A stretch of DNA of 63,469 nucleotides, the filler included, from Octopus bimaculoides (taxonomy: Eukaryota), in assembly GCF_001194135.2 (NCBI RefSeq). It is 7 parts of 6 records of this genome, joined end to end, with 100 filler letters (N's around TTAATTAATTAA, not from the genome) between each part and the next. Parts side by side here need not be neighbours in the genome. Positions count along the whole stretch, not along the records: positions 62,158 to 63,469 come from NW_026343229.1; 6 more parts are not named here. One strand, written 5' to 3'. Within the stretch, counting starts at the first letter, position 1, and each line of letters starts with the position of its first letter. A program made the translations under genes and the position numbers. Positions 62,620 to 63,469 of the stretch are shown here, piece by piece. The notes under the pieces were generated by a model, which was not told where the DNA came from, searched no databases, and saw nothing but the letters and a program-made list of their open reading frames with translations.

Positions 62620-62777
62620 ATTGGGCACACAACTGTCCGTTGGATTTCTACGTAGATGGAATAACAGGGATTTTTTCGAAAATCTTCACCACTTCACCAT
62701 GGATTGGTTGGACAGCAATCAATGCTGCTGGTCACACCATTTGGGTCACACCTGTCTTAATTTGTCAGTTATATCAG
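62620..62777 (+). CDS. ZDHHC17: Palmitoyltransferase ZDHHC17/HIP14-like, internal exon (TM4 region)
   Basis: ttttttctctttgttccacccag|xWAHNCPLDFYVDGITGIFSKIFTTSPWIGWTAINAAGHTIWVTPVLICQLYQ|gtgagt. 158 nt, phase 1/0. Aligns to HIP14 YWGLHC...DG...SPWMFWMFLNSVFHFMWVAVLLMCQMYQ. Confidence 0.9.
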
Positions 62778-62815
62778 GTGAGTTGAACACATTTATGCAC
62801 TTTTCCTAGCCTTAG

Positions 62816-62862
<47 letters not shown>

Positions 62863-63093
62863 TATATGTATGTATATATATATGTGTGTGTGTGTGTATA
62901 TATATATCAGTCAGGGGGCCCTTGCATCAGAAGTAATTAAGATTCAGTTGAATTAGGTACTTGAGTTGAGGCACCAAGTCATTCCGGTAATATCTGCACA
63001 GCTCGAAGTTAGGTTGCCTTAACGACAACAGTAATAATGATGATGATGATAACAGTGATGATGATGATGATGGTCGTTTTTTTTCTATTACAG

Positions 63094-63203
63094 ATCACAT
63101 GGCTTGGCATGACGACCAATGAACGTGTGAACATGACTCGTTACAAACATTTCCAGTACAGCAAACAGGAGAATGGTAAAATAGAGTACAGAAGTCCTTT
63201 CCA
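63094..63203 (+). CDS. ZDHHC17: ZDHHC17/HIP14-like, next exon (TTxE motif)
   Basis: ttttttttctattacag|ITWLGMTTNERVNMTRYKHFQYSKQENGKIEYRSPF(H)|gtaagt. 110 nt, phase 0/2. Matches HIP14 ISCLGITTNERMNARRYKHF...SPF. Confidence 0.93.
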
Positions 63204-63469
63204 GTAAGTTCCATTTGTAACATCCAATTTAACTCCGTCTCCTCCCTGTTTTGACCTACTCCACCTCCTCCTCCCTGACCTACGCAATAAAATGTATATA
63301 TATATGCACACATATTCTTAATGTCTACCCATCTATCTTTCTATCTACACGTATATGTGTGATGTATGATGGTAATGATGTTGATAATGATGCTGATGAT
63401 GGTGATGATGTTGATAACGAGCATGTTGATGATGGTTATGATGTTGATGACAATGATGATGATGATGGT

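Overview
Repeat-dense, gap-rich eukaryotic genomic DNA. The SINE families and microsatellite load point to a cephalopod, most likely an Octopus draft assembly (inference). Almost all ORFs in the supplied track are artefacts of N-runs or microsatellites. Reading splice sites by hand gives four host coding exons. Two are the last exons of a minus-strand TPR-repeat gene (28804-28679, 24857-24708; NPHP3/DDB_G0287407-like). Two are late exons of a plus-strand ZDHHC17/HIP14 palmitoyltransferase (62620-62777, 63094-63203). The upstream exons of both genes were not found, and each fragment sits beside a 100-nt N44-TTAATTAATTAA-N44 join. The rest is transposon debris: R4/Dong-like REL LINE 3' ends next to (TAA)n, two L1/Tx1 LINEs, a decayed Gypsy with nested insertions, RTE LINE pieces (one ending in three C2H2 fingers), a Penelope-like element, a near-complete IR-DR Tc1 (DD34E), maT, mariner, hAT and Helitron fragments, MITEs and many SINEs. 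A CpG-depleted domain runs from about 20.7 to 47.1 kb. I found no evidence of a wholly new biological system. The best leads are the zinc-finger-tailed RTE LINE, the microsatellite-associated Dong-like LINEs, the IR-DR Tc1, the CpG boundary and the split gene fragments. TE boundaries are approximate unless TIRs or TSDs are quoted.
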